A program made the position numbers and the translations under genes. Positions 27,517-37,994 of a stretch of DNA of 64,000 bases are shown here, in pieces. Origin of the DNA: Spirochaetota bacterium (GTDB lineage Bacteria; Spirochaetota; UBA4802; UBA5550); assembly GCA_036848375.1 (NCBI GenBank), contig DAIUKG010000017.1, positions 5,658-69,657 on the forward strand, read 5' to 3'. Each line of letters opens with the position of its first letter. Position 1 is the first letter of the stretch. A model generated the notes under the pieces. That model was not told the DNA's origin. It saw nothing but the letters and a program-made list of their open reading frames with translations, and ran no database searches.

Positions 27517-29616
27517 ATGGCTGAAAGAACTTCAGTATTTTCGCTTACTCCCGGCGCAAGGGACTGGATGCAGAAATCTGATGTGCTCATGGGCATCGGC
27601 GTCATCGCCGTCGTGGTCATGCTCGTCATCCCGCTGCCCACGTTCTTGCTTGACTTTTTCATGGCCCTGAGCGTCATGCTGGGCCTGCTCGTGCTGATGC
27701 TGGTCATGTTTGTTCAGCGTTCTTTTGATTTTTCGGTTTTTCCCTCACTGCTGCTGGTTTCAACGGTTTTCAGGCTTGCCCTGAACGTTTCCTCAACCAG
27801 GCTGATTCTCTTACAGGGCGCGGCCTTTGACGGTAAGATCATCAGGACCTTCGGAAATTTTGTGGTCGGCGGCAATTACGTCGTTGGCTTTATCATATTT
27901 ATCATACTCATCGCTGTTCAGTATATCGTCATAACCAAAGGCGCCACGCGGACCGCCGAAGTCGCGGCCCGTTTCACCTTGGACGCAATGCCGGGCAAGC
28001 AGATGAGCATCGACTCTGACCTTTCCAACGGCCTTATAAATGAGGATGAGGCGCGCAAGAGGCGCGAAGAGATCCGCAAGGAGGCTGACTTTTACGGGGC
28101 CATGGATGGTGCCTCGAAGTTCGTACAGGGTGACGTCAAGGTCGGCATTATCATAACGCTGATCAACATCATCGGCGGCTTTATCGTCGGCATGGTGATC
28201 AGGGGAGAGACCTTTGATGTCGCTTTAAAAACCTATACCCTTCTCAGTATCGGTGACGGCCTTGTTTCTCAGATTCCTTCACTGCTCATAACAACCGCGA
28301 CCGGTATTATCGTGACCAGGGCGGTTTCAAAGGAAAACCTCGGCGCAGAACTCGGCACCCAGCTCGGTTCCCAGCCAAGGGCGCTGTTCATCACCGCTGC
28401 GGCACTGGGAGCGTCGATTCTTATCCCGGGGTTCCCCAAGATATCGGTTTTTATGATAGCCGCCGCTCTTGCAGCTCTTGGTTTCGTCCTTTATAGATCG
28501 CAGGAAGAGGACAAGGAAAAATCACAAAAAGAACAGAAAGAAGCTGCGCTCAAAGAACATAAGCCGGAATCGGTGCTTCCCCTTATTCAGGTCGATCCGC
28601 TTGAAGTTGAGATCGGATACAATCTTATACCCCTGGTTGACCCCGAACAGGGCGGTACCCTGCTTGAACGTATCACCAACATCCGCAGAAGAAGCGCGAT
28701 TGACATGGGCCTCATTGTCCCGCCGATCCGCATCAGGGACAATATGGAGCTTGAGCCAGAGGCCTATTCGATACTCATCAAGGGAGTGGATGTCGGCAAT
28801 GGCAGGCTCCAGATCGGCAAACTCATGGCAATGGACCCCGGCGATGTGCGTGAAAAAATCGAGGGTGTTGAATTCATTGAGCCGGTTTTCGGGCTCAAGG
28901 CAATCTGGATCGATTCAAACAGAAGGGATGACGCCGAGAGCCGGGGATATACCGTGGTTGACTGCCCGACCATTGTGGCGACTCATCTTACCGAATTGAT
29001 CAAGCGCCATGCGGACGAAATCCTCGGCCGCCAGGAAGTGCAGCAGCTTATTGACAACATCAAGGAAGATTATCCCGCGGTGGTAAGCGAGATAACCGAC
29101 AAGCTCAACCTCGGCGAAATCCAGAAAGTGCTCCAGAACCTGCTGCGTGAAAGGGTCTCCATCCGAAACATGGTGACCATACTTGAAATACTGGCAAGCT
29201 ACGCTGACCACACCAAGGACATCGACCTGCTCACTGAATATGTCCGCGGAGGCCTGGCCCGCCAGATTACCAAAGATTACGTCAACCCTGACAGTACTCT
29301 GTCGGTCATTACCGTTGATCCTGAAATTGAAAATATCATCAGGGATTCGATACATGATGACCCCATTGAGGGCAGGGTTCTGGGGCTTGATCCCGAAAGC
29401 CATGGCATGATCATGAAAGCCCTGGTGGACGCCGCAGTGAGATCGCGAAATGCCGGGAACCTGCCGGTTTTTCTGGTGTCACCGGCAATCAGGAGTGTAA
29501 CCTATGCGCTGCTGGAAAGGGAAATTCCCCAGCCGGTGGTGCTCTCATATAATGAAATTGTTAACACGATAAAAGTCAATGTCATAGGATCAGCGCTTCT
29601 TCCGAGCGCGGCATGA
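27517..29616 (+). CDS. flhA: Flagellar export apparatus protein FlhA
   Basis: A 699-aa protein with an N-terminal 8-TM domain followed by a cytoplasmic domain, matching the FlhA family. Confidence 0.9.
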   Translation: MAERTSVFSLTPGARDWMQKSDVLMGIGVIAVVVMLVIPLPTFLLDFFMALSVMLGLLVLMLVMFVQRSFDFSVFPSLLLVSTVFRLALNVSSTRLILLQGAAFDGKIIRTFGNFVVGGNYVVGFIIFIILIAVQYIVITKGATRTAEVAARFTLDAMPGKQMSIDSDLSNGLINEDEARKRREEIRKEADFYGAMDGASKFVQGDVKVGIIITLINIIGGFIVGMVIRGETFDVALKTYTLLSIGDGLVSQIPSLLITTATGIIVTRAVSKENLGAELGTQLGSQPRALFITAAALGASILIPGFPKISVFMIAAALAALGFVLYRSQEEDKEKSQKEQKEAALKEHKPESVLPLIQVDPLEVEIGYNLIPLVDPEQGGTLLERITNIRRRSAIDMGLIVPPIRIRDNMELEPEAYSILIKGVDVGNGRLQIGKLMAMDPGDVREKIEGVEFIEPVFGLKAIWIDSNRRDDAESRGYTVVDCPTIVATHLTELIKRHADEILGRQEVQQLIDNIKEDYPAVVSEITDKLNLGEIQKVLQNLLRERVSIRNMVTILEILASYADHTKDIDLLTEYVRGGLARQITKDYVNPDSTLSVITVDPEIENIIRDSIHDDPIEGRVLGLDPESHGMIMKALVDAAVRSRNAGNLPVFLVSPAIRSVTYALLEREIPQPVVLSYNEIVNTIKVNVIGSALLPSAA

Positions 29617-29642
29617 CCATAATGCATAATAGCTGAAAGGAG

Positions 29643-31010
29643 TTGATTATGAGGTATTTAAAAATCAGGGCCAAAAATTATAATGAAGCGATGATGAAAC
29701 TTAAAATGGAACATGGAGATGATGCTATTCCCATAAGCCATAAATATGTACGGGAGGGCGGCATCCTCAATTCGAAGTTTTTTGCCCGCGAAGTCGTTGA
29801 ATTGACCGCAGCAGTACAGGATAAGAGCTATCCCGTGAGAAAAAATGCTCTACCGAAAAGAAATATTGATTTTACCGTTGATGATGATATTATTAATAAA
29901 AGCGGTGTCTCAGGATCTGCTACAGGTAATTATCCGCCTGCAAAGGACCCCAGTATTGATAATCTGGCGAAAACAATTGATGCCGTGAATGACAATTTAA
30001 ACAGCATTAAAACGAATATTAAGACTGAAACGGCAAAGGCGCCTCAAATTCTTGACACAACAGGCGGAGACCAGGTTAAAGTCAAGGCCGGAGAACAGGA
30101 TAATGGTTCATCAATTAAAAAATTTGAAAAGGAATTTGAGGATATTAAGCTGGTCCTCAATAAACTTTTGGGTGAACAGAAGAATACCAGTGATTATGAT
30201 CACGCGAAATGTAAAGAAGACACTGCGTTTCTGGAAAGCTATATGAGCATTCTGAAAAACAATGAATATGACCAGGACCAGTGCATTTCAATTGCCAATG
30301 AATTAAAGAATTCAGTAAGCAGGGATGACCTTAAAGATCGATACAAAATCGAAAAAAGCCTTAAGGAGCTTCTGAAAAGCAGGATAATCACTACCGGCCC
30401 GCTTAAAATTGACAACAAGAAAAAGATAATGATGTTTGTCGGGCCTACCGGCGTGGGGAAAACAACGACCATGGCGAAACTCGGGGCAATACATTCTCTC
30501 AGGGAAGGCAACCGCGTAGCATTTGTCACTATTGACAATTACCGGATAGCGGCAACAGAACAGTTGAAAAAATACGCTGAAATAATGAGAATACCTCTTC
30601 ATGTGGTGAACAGCCAGAAAGAATTCAAGGACGTGATCACGTCCGAGAAGGCTGAAATCATTATGGTTGACACTTCAGGGCGGAGTCACCGAAATGAAAT
30701 GAAAATTTCTGAAATCAAGAATTTTGCAGACCTTGTTGATTACGATATTGAAAAAATTCTCTGCGTAAGCGCGAATACGAAAAAGATGGATCTCAATGAG
30801 GTCTTCAGGGCCTTTAACGTGCTGGATTTCAACAGTGTTGTCATCACCAAAGTCGATGAAACGTCTTTTATAGGGAATGTGGTTGATGTTGCCGATAAAT
30901 ATAATAAGCCCATCTCATATGTCACCAACGGTCAGGAAGTCCCCAATGACATTACCGTGGCAGACCCTGACAAAATAGTGGACTTGATGATCGGCACTAT
31001 TAACCATTGA
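29643..31010 (+). CDS. flhF: Flagellar biosynthesis GTPase FlhF (SRP-type)
   Basis: The C-terminal SRP-like GTPase carries GPTGVGKTTT. Confidence 0.85.
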   Translation: MIMRYLKIRAKNYNEAMMKLKMEHGDDAIPISHKYVREGGILNSKFFAREVVELTAAVQDKSYPVRKNALPKRNIDFTVDDDIINKSGVSGSATGNYPPAKDPSIDNLAKTIDAVNDNLNSIKTNIKTETAKAPQILDTTGGDQVKVKAGEQDNGSSIKKFEKEFEDIKLVLNKLLGEQKNTSDYDHAKCKEDTAFLESYMSILKNNEYDQDQCISIANELKNSVSRDDLKDRYKIEKSLKELLKSRIITTGPLKIDNKKKIMMFVGPTGVGKTTTMAKLGAIHSLREGNRVAFVTIDNYRIAATEQLKKYAEIMRIPLHVVNSQKEFKDVITSEKAEIIMVDTSGRSHRNEMKISEIKNFADLVDYDIEKILCVSANTKKMDLNEVFRAFNVLDFNSVVITKVDETSFIGNVVDVADKYNKPISYVTNGQEVPNDITVADPDKIVDLMIGTINH

Positions 31011-31026
31011 ACAAAGGAGGAACGCG

Positions 31027-31896
31027 GTGGACCAGGCTGCGAATCTGAGACGATTAGTTCTGGAGAGCGATAAAACCCAGAAAAAAACGAAAACAATTGC
31101 CGTGACAAGCGGTAAGGGAGGGGTCGGCAAGACAAGCATTTCCGTAAGTCTTTCGATAGCCCTGGCGCAGCATGATTTTTCAGTTACGCTGCTCGATGCT
31201 GATCTCGGTCTGGCGAATATAAATGTTATACTCGGAATTATACCCAAGTATAACCTTTATCATGTTATTAAAGGTAAAAAAAAGCTGAAAGAAGTCATTA
31301 TTGAGGTTCCGGAGGGCATTAAGATAATCGCCGGCGCATCAGGCTTCCATCAGCTTGCCAACCTTGACCAGAAGCAGAGAAGTGATTTTATTAAAGCGAT
31401 ATCTGATCTTGATGCTGATGATTTTATGATAATTGATACCGGGGCCGGTGTTTCTCAGAATGTTTTAAGCTTTGTTATGGCCGCTGACGAAGTCATTGTT
31501 GTCACCACGCCTGAACCGACCGCGATAACTGACGCTTACGGAATAATCAAGTCGATAGCATCACAGTCTCCGGATAAAATAGTTAAATTGCTGGTAAACA
31601 GAGTACAGTCTGTCGCTGAAGGCAAAAGGGTCGCCCAGCGGGTGATCAATATAGCAGGCCAGTTTCTCAACATCAAGGTTGAGGACCTCGGTTTTGTTTT
31701 TGATGACTCAAACGTGCCGCGGTCGGTGAGAAATCAGAAACCCTTTATGGTGAGCTACCCGAAGTCAAGGGCTTCAGCCTGCCTGTCGGTGATCGCTGAT
31801 AAAATTTGCAACAAGACCTCTGGCAAAGAAAGAGGGTCCGGACTGACGAATTTTTTCAAGAACCTTTTCGTCGTTTCAGAGCCTGAGGCTGAATAG
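31027..31896 (+). CDS. flhG: MinD/ParA-family ATPase FlhG (YlxH/FleN)
   Basis: A deviant Walker A SGKGGVGKTS is present, in the conserved position after flhF. Confidence 0.85.
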   Translation: MDQAANLRRLVLESDKTQKKTKTIAVTSGKGGVGKTSISVSLSIALAQHDFSVTLLDADLGLANINVILGIIPKYNLYHVIKGKKKLKEVIIEVPEGIKIIAGASGFHQLANLDQKQRSDFIKAISDLDADDFMIIDTGAGVSQNVLSFVMAADEVIVVTTPEPTAITDAYGIIKSIASQSPDKIVKLLVNRVQSVAEGKRVAQRVINIAGQFLNIKVEDLGFVFDDSNVPRSVRNQKPFMVSYPKSRASACLSVIADKICNKTSGKERGSGLTNFFKNLFVVSEPEAE

Positions 31897-31955
31897 AAAA
31901 AGGGCTTGATTTGTTTCAGATGTATGTAGTACCTTTGCACATGTAAGGCAGTCCT

Positions 31956-32567
31956 GTGGAATTAACTATGCCGGCGTTGAAAAATATAAGTATTGAATAC
32001 AAAGCAACTGCTTTTTTCGGCATGTGCGCTCTGGTGCTTTCTTTTCTGATTGGGATTATCGCGGGTGTTTCAGGGGCTGTCGTTGCCGTTCGCTCTATTG
32101 TTCTTACTGTGGTTTTTTCTGTTCTTGGGTTCGCAGTTGTGGCGATTATAAAAAAATTTGTTCCGGAAGTATATGAGTTAATTTCTAAGGGACCCGGAAC
32201 TTCTTCGATTGACGTGAACATTGATGATAATGCGGAGGGCGAAACTGCAGCGCCGGGTCCTGAACTTAATCAGGGGATAACGGAAGAGGAACCTGCCGGT
32301 GAACCGGAAATTGAAAGGCAACCGGTCGAAGCTGAGGCATCATCCGGCACGGCCGCAAAAAGCGAGTTTAGTGAATTTAAGGATGATGATTTTCCTAAAA
32401 TGCATAGCACAGGCAGTTCATCAGATTCTGGTTTAAACGTGGCGCTCAATTCGTCCGAATCAAGACAATTCGGTAAACACATTATGGTGCAGGATGAATT
32501 TTTTCAATATGAGCCGAAGGTCATGGCTGAAGCGGTTAGGACCATGATGAAAAAGGATGAGGACTAA
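31956..32567 (+). CDS. Hypothetical protein with two TM helices and an acidic C-terminal region, located between flhG and fliA
   Basis: A hydrophobic N-terminal 75 aa is followed by a Glu/Asp/Ser-rich tail. No family was recognised. Confidence 0.4.
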   Translation: MELTMPALKNISIEYKATAFFGMCALVLSFLIGIIAGVSGAVVAVRSIVLTVVFSVLGFAVVAIIKKFVPEVYELISKGPGTSSIDVNIDDNAEGETAAPGPELNQGITEEEPAGEPEIERQPVEAEASSGTAAKSEFSEFKDDDFPKMHSTGSSSDSGLNVALNSSESRQFGKHIMVQDEFFQYEPKVMAEAVRTMMKKDED

Positions 32568-32588
32568 TAAAACCGGGACTACAACATT

Positions 32589-33389
32589 ATGAATGATAAA
32601 CAATTTAAAGAGCTTGACGCGATTGGAGAAGATAAACTCTGGACAAAGTTTATTAAAAATCAGGACCAGACAATTCGTGATTACTTCGTCATAAAATACG
32701 CTCCACTGGTTAAATATGTAGCCGGAAAAATTTCAATGGGAATGCCGCAGAATATTGAGTTTGATGACCTCGTTTCATATGGAATATTCGGATTGATTGA
32801 CGCCATAAATAAATTTGATCCGGCACGGGGAATAAAATTTAAAACCTACGCCATGACCAGGGTGCGCGGGGCCATATTTGATGAATTGAGGTCGATCGAC
32901 TGGATTCCGCGATCAATACGGCAAAAAGCCAAACAGATCGAACAGGTCATCTCGGAACTCGAAAACAAGCTCGGGCGCACGGTTGAAGACGAGGAGATAG
33001 CCCGGGAGCTGGGTGTGACCCTTGAGGAGTTTCATACCCTGATCAGTAAACTGAGCGGAACATCGATACTTTCTCTTAATGATATATGGTACCTCGGCGA
33101 CGATAACGACGAGTTATCGATTCTTGAAACACTTGAAGCGCCGGAAAACATGAACCCGGACATTTTAATTGAAAAAGAAGAAATTCGTGACTATATAATT
33201 GATGCGATAAAAAAACTTCCTGACAAGGAAAAAAAGGTTATTGTTCTCTATTACTATGAAGACCTGACCCTTAAGGAAATAGGAGAGGTTCTGGAAGTCA
33301 CTGAAAGCCGTGTGTCACAGCTCCACACGAAAGCCATTATGCGTCTCCGGGGGAGGCTTGGCAGGATTAAATCAAATATTATTGGATAG
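32589..33389 (+). CDS. fliA: Flagellar sigma factor sigma-28 (FliA/SigD)
   Basis: Sigma-70 regions 2 through 4 are present at about 266 aa, in the position after flhG. Confidence 0.85.
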   Translation: MNDKQFKELDAIGEDKLWTKFIKNQDQTIRDYFVIKYAPLVKYVAGKISMGMPQNIEFDDLVSYGIFGLIDAINKFDPARGIKFKTYAMTRVRGAIFDELRSIDWIPRSIRQKAKQIEQVISELENKLGRTVEDEEIARELGVTLEEFHTLISKLSGTSILSLNDIWYLGDDNDELSILETLEAPENMNPDILIEKEEIRDYIIDAIKKLPDKEKKVIVLYYYEDLTLKEIGEVLEVTESRVSQLHTKAIMRLRGRLGRIKSNIIG

Positions 33390-33414
33390 GTGGCAATGAG
33401 CCAAAGAGGTTTCG

Positions 33415-35391
33415 GTGAGCAAGCTTAAAGATCTCTTTATGGACATCAGCGAGGGCGAGGATCATCCTGACGAAAACGCTGTTGAGGTCTTCGCTGATTC
33501 GGTCAGGCAGGCTCTTGAAATGGCGTCAAGGGAACTTTCTCTTGATGTCACCATGCTCGATTATCAAATCCTCGAAAAGGGAACATCCGGTCTTTTCGGA
33601 ATGGGAAGGAAACCATACCGGGTTCTGATCAGTCCTCATTCAACTTCACCGCAGCACGCCGATCTTGAAGAAATTGAAATGAAACTTTCCGGAGAGCACA
33701 TCCCCTCGGTAACTATTGAAGAAAAGAAAAATGCTGACGGGACCTGCAAGATACGGGTCACCAAAACAGGTATCTGGGCCACCGTGGTTCCCCCTCGCGG
33801 AAATGGAAAAGCTCTTTCGCTTGATGAAATCAATAACAAGCTGTACTCGATGCGTATTACCAGCCACGATGCATCGCGCCTCGCCAAAGAGGTGACCAGG
33901 CCCAGCGGCAAGCCGGTTAAAATCGGCCAATGGCTTCCCAATCCCGATTTTGACAGCTCGATGAGAGTTGAAATATCTGAAGATGAAATGAGAGCGTTTG
34001 TCCACTTCATCCCCCCGCGATATTCCGGAAGACATATGGAAACGGACGATGTGCTTGAAGCGCTTAAAACCGCGGGAGTTGCTCATGGCGTCAATAATGA
34101 CAGAATTTCCGATTACCTTGAAAATATGGACTATCATGAACCCCTCGTTGCGGCACAGGGGCAGAGGGCCAGAAACGGAAGGGATGCTTATATCGATTAT
34201 AAAGTCCGTATTGACAATACCCGAGTGAGCTTTGAGGAGGACGAAAGCGGCAAGGTTGATTTCAGGAACCTTGAGCTTCTTGAAAATGTTGTCGTTGGTC
34301 AGCTCCTCGCCATTAAGGTCCCCGCTGAAGAAGGGGTGCCCGGCAGGACGGTAACCAACAGGATTTTGCCATCAAGAGCCGGGAAGGATACTAAAATCCA
34401 GTACGGGAAAGGGACAATACTTTCAGAAGATGGGACTGAACTGACTGCTGAAATAAACGGCCAGGTCGTTTTTAAAGTGGGCAGAATCAGTGTTGAGCCT
34501 GTTTATGTGGTTACCGGGGATGTTTCACTTGAAACCGGAAATATCGTTTTTCTCGGCTCTGTCATTGTCCAGGGAAGCGTTCAGGACAATTTTATTGTGA
34601 AAGCCGCGGGGAATATTGAGGTGAAGGGCACGGTGCAGAAGGCGTTCCTCGAATCTGAAGGCGATATCATTGTGCGGCAGGGCATAATGGGCCGTGATGA
34701 AGCGAAGATCGAGTCAACAGGCGGTTCAATATATGCCAAGTTTATCCAGGGCGCAAATGTCATCGCTGAAGGGGACATCAGGGTCCCTGAAGGTATAATG
34801 CATTCACATGTTGATGCCGGCAAGGGGATATACTGTAACGGAAGAAGGGCCCGGATTGTTGGAGGTGTTATCAGGGCCGGTGATGAGGTCAACGCCCGGT
34901 ATATCGGCGCGGATGTTTCAACAAAAACTGAAGTCAGGGTTGGAATCAATCCCAAGATACTCCAGCAGATCACCGATCTTGAAAATTTGAAAAAGGGAAT
35001 AGACGAAGAACTCGGTCAGAATCAGCTCAATCAAAAAACACTTGAGACGCAGAAAAAGAGCGGCGTTAAACTGAGTCCGGAACGAGAGAAAATGCTGATG
35101 GAGCTTACCAGTCAGAATGAAAAACTTGCAAAGCGGCAGAATGAAGTCAACCTTGAACTTGAGGAGCTCAAGTCATATATTGACATGCTTGAGCATAAAG
35201 GGAAGGTCTGTGCCGAGAAAACGGCCTTTCCCGGTGTTGATGTTCACATTAAAGACAAAAAATTTATTTTGAAAGACCCTTACAATAGTGTTAAATTTTC
35301 ACTGGAGGGAGGTGAAATCAGGATTTCTGAATATGAACTTCCCGCCATTATCGAAGGTCAGCGTATAACGACTGTAGTAAGAAGAAGATAA
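33415..35391 (+). CDS. FapA / DUF342-family protein (flagellar-assembly-protein-A-like, beta-helical)
   Basis: A GTG start is supported by the RBS aaagagg. The N-terminal Jag-N-like region reads ILEKGTSGLFGMGRKPYRV. The central region has repetitive Gly/Val-rich beta-helix-like segments, and the C-terminus is a coiled coil. Confidence 0.65.
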   Translation: MSKLKDLFMDISEGEDHPDENAVEVFADSVRQALEMASRELSLDVTMLDYQILEKGTSGLFGMGRKPYRVLISPHSTSPQHADLEEIEMKLSGEHIPSVTIEEKKNADGTCKIRVTKTGIWATVVPPRGNGKALSLDEINNKLYSMRITSHDASRLAKEVTRPSGKPVKIGQWLPNPDFDSSMRVEISEDEMRAFVHFIPPRYSGRHMETDDVLEALKTAGVAHGVNNDRISDYLENMDYHEPLVAAQGQRARNGRDAYIDYKVRIDNTRVSFEEDESGKVDFRNLELLENVVVGQLLAIKVPAEEGVPGRTVTNRILPSRAGKDTKIQYGKGTILSEDGTELTAEINGQVVFKVGRISVEPVYVVTGDVSLETGNIVFLGSVIVQGSVQDNFIVKAAGNIEVKGTVQKAFLESEGDIIVRQGIMGRDEAKIESTGGSIYAKFIQGANVIAEGDIRVPEGIMHSHVDAGKGIYCNGRRARIVGGVIRAGDEVNARYIGADVSTKTEVRVGINPKILQQITDLENLKKGIDEELGQNQLNQKTLETQKKSGVKLSPEREKMLMELTSQNEKLAKRQNEVNLELEELKSYIDMLEHKGKVCAEKTAFPGVDVHIKDKKFILKDPYNSVKFSLEGGEIRISEYELPAIIEGQRITTVVRRR

Positions 35392-35402
35392 GGTGTGATC
35401 TG

Positions 35403-35723
35403 ATGTCAATAAAACCTATCGATCTTCAGACAAATATCGGGCAGATGCATGAAGTCGGTAAAGGTGAGCATTCCCGAATGGGCGCGATCGCCGAGCAGCA
35501 GCATTTGCTTGAAAAAGAGTCAAACGATAAGTCTAAACTTGTTAATACCCGGCTTGATGAATCACAGAAGGGTGAAAAGACCGCCATACGTGATGAAGAA
35601 AAAAAGCGGGAACAGAAAATGAACCAGGGCCGGGACAATCAGGGCGATAGTAAAAAGGAAAAGGACAATGTCAATGTCCTGAAAGACGACAGGATGGGTA
35701 ATATTATCGATGTCTTGAAGTAA
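35403..35723 (+). CDS. Hypothetical small hydrophilic charged protein (106 aa)
   Basis: The ORF follows FapA after an 8-nt gap. It is Lys/Glu/Asp-rich, and no family was recognised. Confidence 0.35.
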   Translation: MSIKPIDLQTNIGQMHEVGKGEHSRMGAIAEQQHLLEKESNDKSKLVNTRLDESQKGEKTAIRDEEKKREQKMNQGRDNQGDSKKEKDNVNVLKDDRMGNIIDVLK

Positions 35724-35831
35724 TACATCGAACGGCCTGCATCTCCCATTTTTTTGGTAATTTCGCGTGTGCGAATTTTTTATTGTCTTAATATATCTTA
35801 TCCGGTATAATGAAATTCATTTCATCGGGGA

Positions 35832-36632
35832 GTGGCGATGGAATTTTTTGGACTGCTGTTAATAAATATTTTTATCGGTGTTATTTTTTATCTTGTTATA
35901 ACCCTTAAGCTTGAAAAATCGGCATCTGATTTCCGAGAAAAGAGACTAAGGGAGGAAATGGATAAAATTATTCAGGAATTCAACGCAACAGCTGAACGCA
36001 ATATTTCTATACTTGAAAGTAAAATACGGACCATGAAGGCCCTTCTTGAAAGGACCGGTGAGTTGAAAAAGTTTGATCAGATTATCGGCGATGAAAATAT
36101 TCTTGATAAAACAGGTGGAGATGATAATGTTGCTGCTGCAGTTTTAACACCTGAACCGGTTGCAGCACATGCAGTTCAACAGCCACTGGCCAAACCGGGA
36201 TTACCGGTGAAATCGGCAATCACAAAGGCTGTTGAAAGAATGTCAGTGTTTATTGACAAAATTTTTATCACCATTGAAAAAATGAATACCCGGCGGTCAT
36301 CCTCCGCCGGAGATGTTCATCCTGACATGCTGCATTACACTGGTAATACAGGAGCAGGGCAAGTCAAACTCTCTGATGCAGAGAACATCCCGGTAATTGA
36401 AAAGAATTTAATTGATGTTGAAAGTCTGATCGCGGCTCAACAGAATGCTGAAAGTAAAGACCGGGCAGTGACACCGGAGGATGCAGCGGAGATCATGTCG
36501 CAGTGCAAAGACCGGTATTCTGTGATATCTCAGTTGCATGAACGCGGATGCCCGGAAAAGGATATTGCTGAATATACCGGCATCCCTGTTGGGGAAATAA
36601 GGCTCATACTGAATTTAAACAGTTCGTTATAA
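35832..36632 (+). CDS. Hypothetical N-terminally membrane-anchored coiled-coil protein with a C-terminal HTH-like segment
   Basis: An N-terminal TM helix is followed by a coiled coil. The C-terminus reads YSVISQLHERGCPEKDIAEYTGIPVGEIRLILNL and resembles sigma region-4 or a Fis-type HTH. Confidence 0.4.
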   Translation: MAMEFFGLLLINIFIGVIFYLVITLKLEKSASDFREKRLREEMDKIIQEFNATAERNISILESKIRTMKALLERTGELKKFDQIIGDENILDKTGGDDNVAAAVLTPEPVAAHAVQQPLAKPGLPVKSAITKAVERMSVFIDKIFITIEKMNTRRSSSAGDVHPDMLHYTGNTGAGQVKLSDAENIPVIEKNLIDVESLIAAQQNAESKDRAVTPEDAAEIMSQCKDRYSVISQLHERGCPEKDIAEYTGIPVGEIRLILNLNSSL

Positions 36633-36635
36633 AAG

Positions 36636-37505
36636 ATGATTGGTGATTATTTAATGGAAATCAATATTAAGCGGCTTACTGATGAGGAATTTAAAAAGTT
36701 TGCCAAATTGATCTATGAAGAAAGCGGAATTTTTCTCAAGGAAACAAAGATTACGCTCCTATCGAACCGTCTTCGGAAACGGCTCGGTCCGCTGAATTTG
36801 AAGGAGTTTTCGGACTATTATGATTACCTGCAACGGCTGACCGGTGAACAGAAAAAGAAGGAATACGAGCTTCTTCTTGATGTTGTTTCAACGAATGAAA
36901 CGTATTTTTTCAGAAATGAAAGGCATTTTGAGGCATTTTCGCAATACTGCATTCCCGAGCTGGTTAAAACAAAAAAGAACAAGAAGCTGAGAATATGGAG
37001 CGCAGCCTGTTCCACCGGTGAAGAACCATACACGCTGGCAATATGCATCCTTGAAAATAAAAATCTTCTGAACGGATGGGACATCCAGATTCTCGGTACG
37101 GATATCGCGCCGTCAGTGCTTGATTTCGCACGGATCGGTGAATATTCAGGCAGGCGGATTGAAAAAGTCCCTCCTGAGTTTCTTGAAAAATATTTCATCC
37201 CCAAAAAAGACGACACGGGAGTGTTCCTGGTTAAGGATGAAATGAAAAATCTCACCAATTTTTATTATCTCAATTTTTTTAAGGATAAATTTCCTGTTGA
37301 TCTTGATGTGATATTCTGCAGAAATGTCATGATTTATTTTGATAAAATTTACCAGAGAAGGCTTGTCGCAGATTTTTATAAATCGATACTCGATACCGGT
37401 TATCTTTTTATCGGCCATTCAGAAACGCTTCACTCGATTTCAGAAGATTTTGAATACAAAAAAGTCCTTGAATCGCCGGTTTACATACCAAAACCCAGGA
37501 AGTAA
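36636..37505 (+). CDS. cheR: Chemotaxis protein methyltransferase CheR
   Basis: A SAM-binding region RIWSAACSTGEEPYTLA is present, along with the CheR N-terminal domain. Confidence 0.85.
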   Translation: MIGDYLMEINIKRLTDEEFKKFAKLIYEESGIFLKETKITLLSNRLRKRLGPLNLKEFSDYYDYLQRLTGEQKKKEYELLLDVVSTNETYFFRNERHFEAFSQYCIPELVKTKKNKKLRIWSAACSTGEEPYTLAICILENKNLLNGWDIQILGTDIAPSVLDFARIGEYSGRRIEKVPPEFLEKYFIPKKDDTGVFLVKDEMKNLTNFYYLNFFKDKFPVDLDVIFCRNVMIYFDKIYQRRLVADFYKSILDTGYLFIGHSETLHSISEDFEYKKVLESPVYIPKPRK

Positions 37506-37508
37506 TGC

Positions 37509-37985
37509 ATGGATTTTAATCTGATTAATGTAGGAATTGCTGATTACACGGTAAGCTCAACACCCGATATTTTAAGGACGATACTCGGCTCATGTGTCGG
37601 GATTTGCCTTTTTGACCCGGTAAATAAAGTCGGCGGCCTTTCGCACATTATGCTCCCGCAGCATAAACTGAATTCTTCGAAAAAAAAATATGCTGATTCC
37701 GCGATTCCTCTCATGGTGGAAGACATGATAAAGGAAAACGCCCGGATTGAAAGGATAATCGCTAAAATCGTGGGTGGGTCAAAAATGTTTCAGGTTGCTG
37801 AAAACAGTATCATGGGAGAGATAGGAAAAAACAATGTAATAAAAGTCAGGGAAGTCCTTGAAAGCCTTAATATAAGCATAATAGCTGAAGACGTTGGAGG
37901 AGATTACGGGCGAACGATAGATTTTTATCTTGAAACGGGAGAAATCAGAATTCGTTCGATCGGGAAAAGTGAAATAATTATTTAG
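37509..37985 (+). CDS. cheD: Chemoreceptor glutamine deamidase CheD
   Basis: The catalytic-Cys region ILGSCVGICLFDP is present. Confidence 0.85.
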   Translation: MDFNLINVGIADYTVSSTPDILRTILGSCVGICLFDPVNKVGGLSHIMLPQHKLNSSKKKYADSAIPLMVEDMIKENARIERIIAKIVGGSKMFQVAENSIMGEIGKNNVIKVREVLESLNISIIAEDVGGDYGRTIDFYLETGEIRIRSIGKSEIII

Positions 37986-37994
37986 GAATACAAA

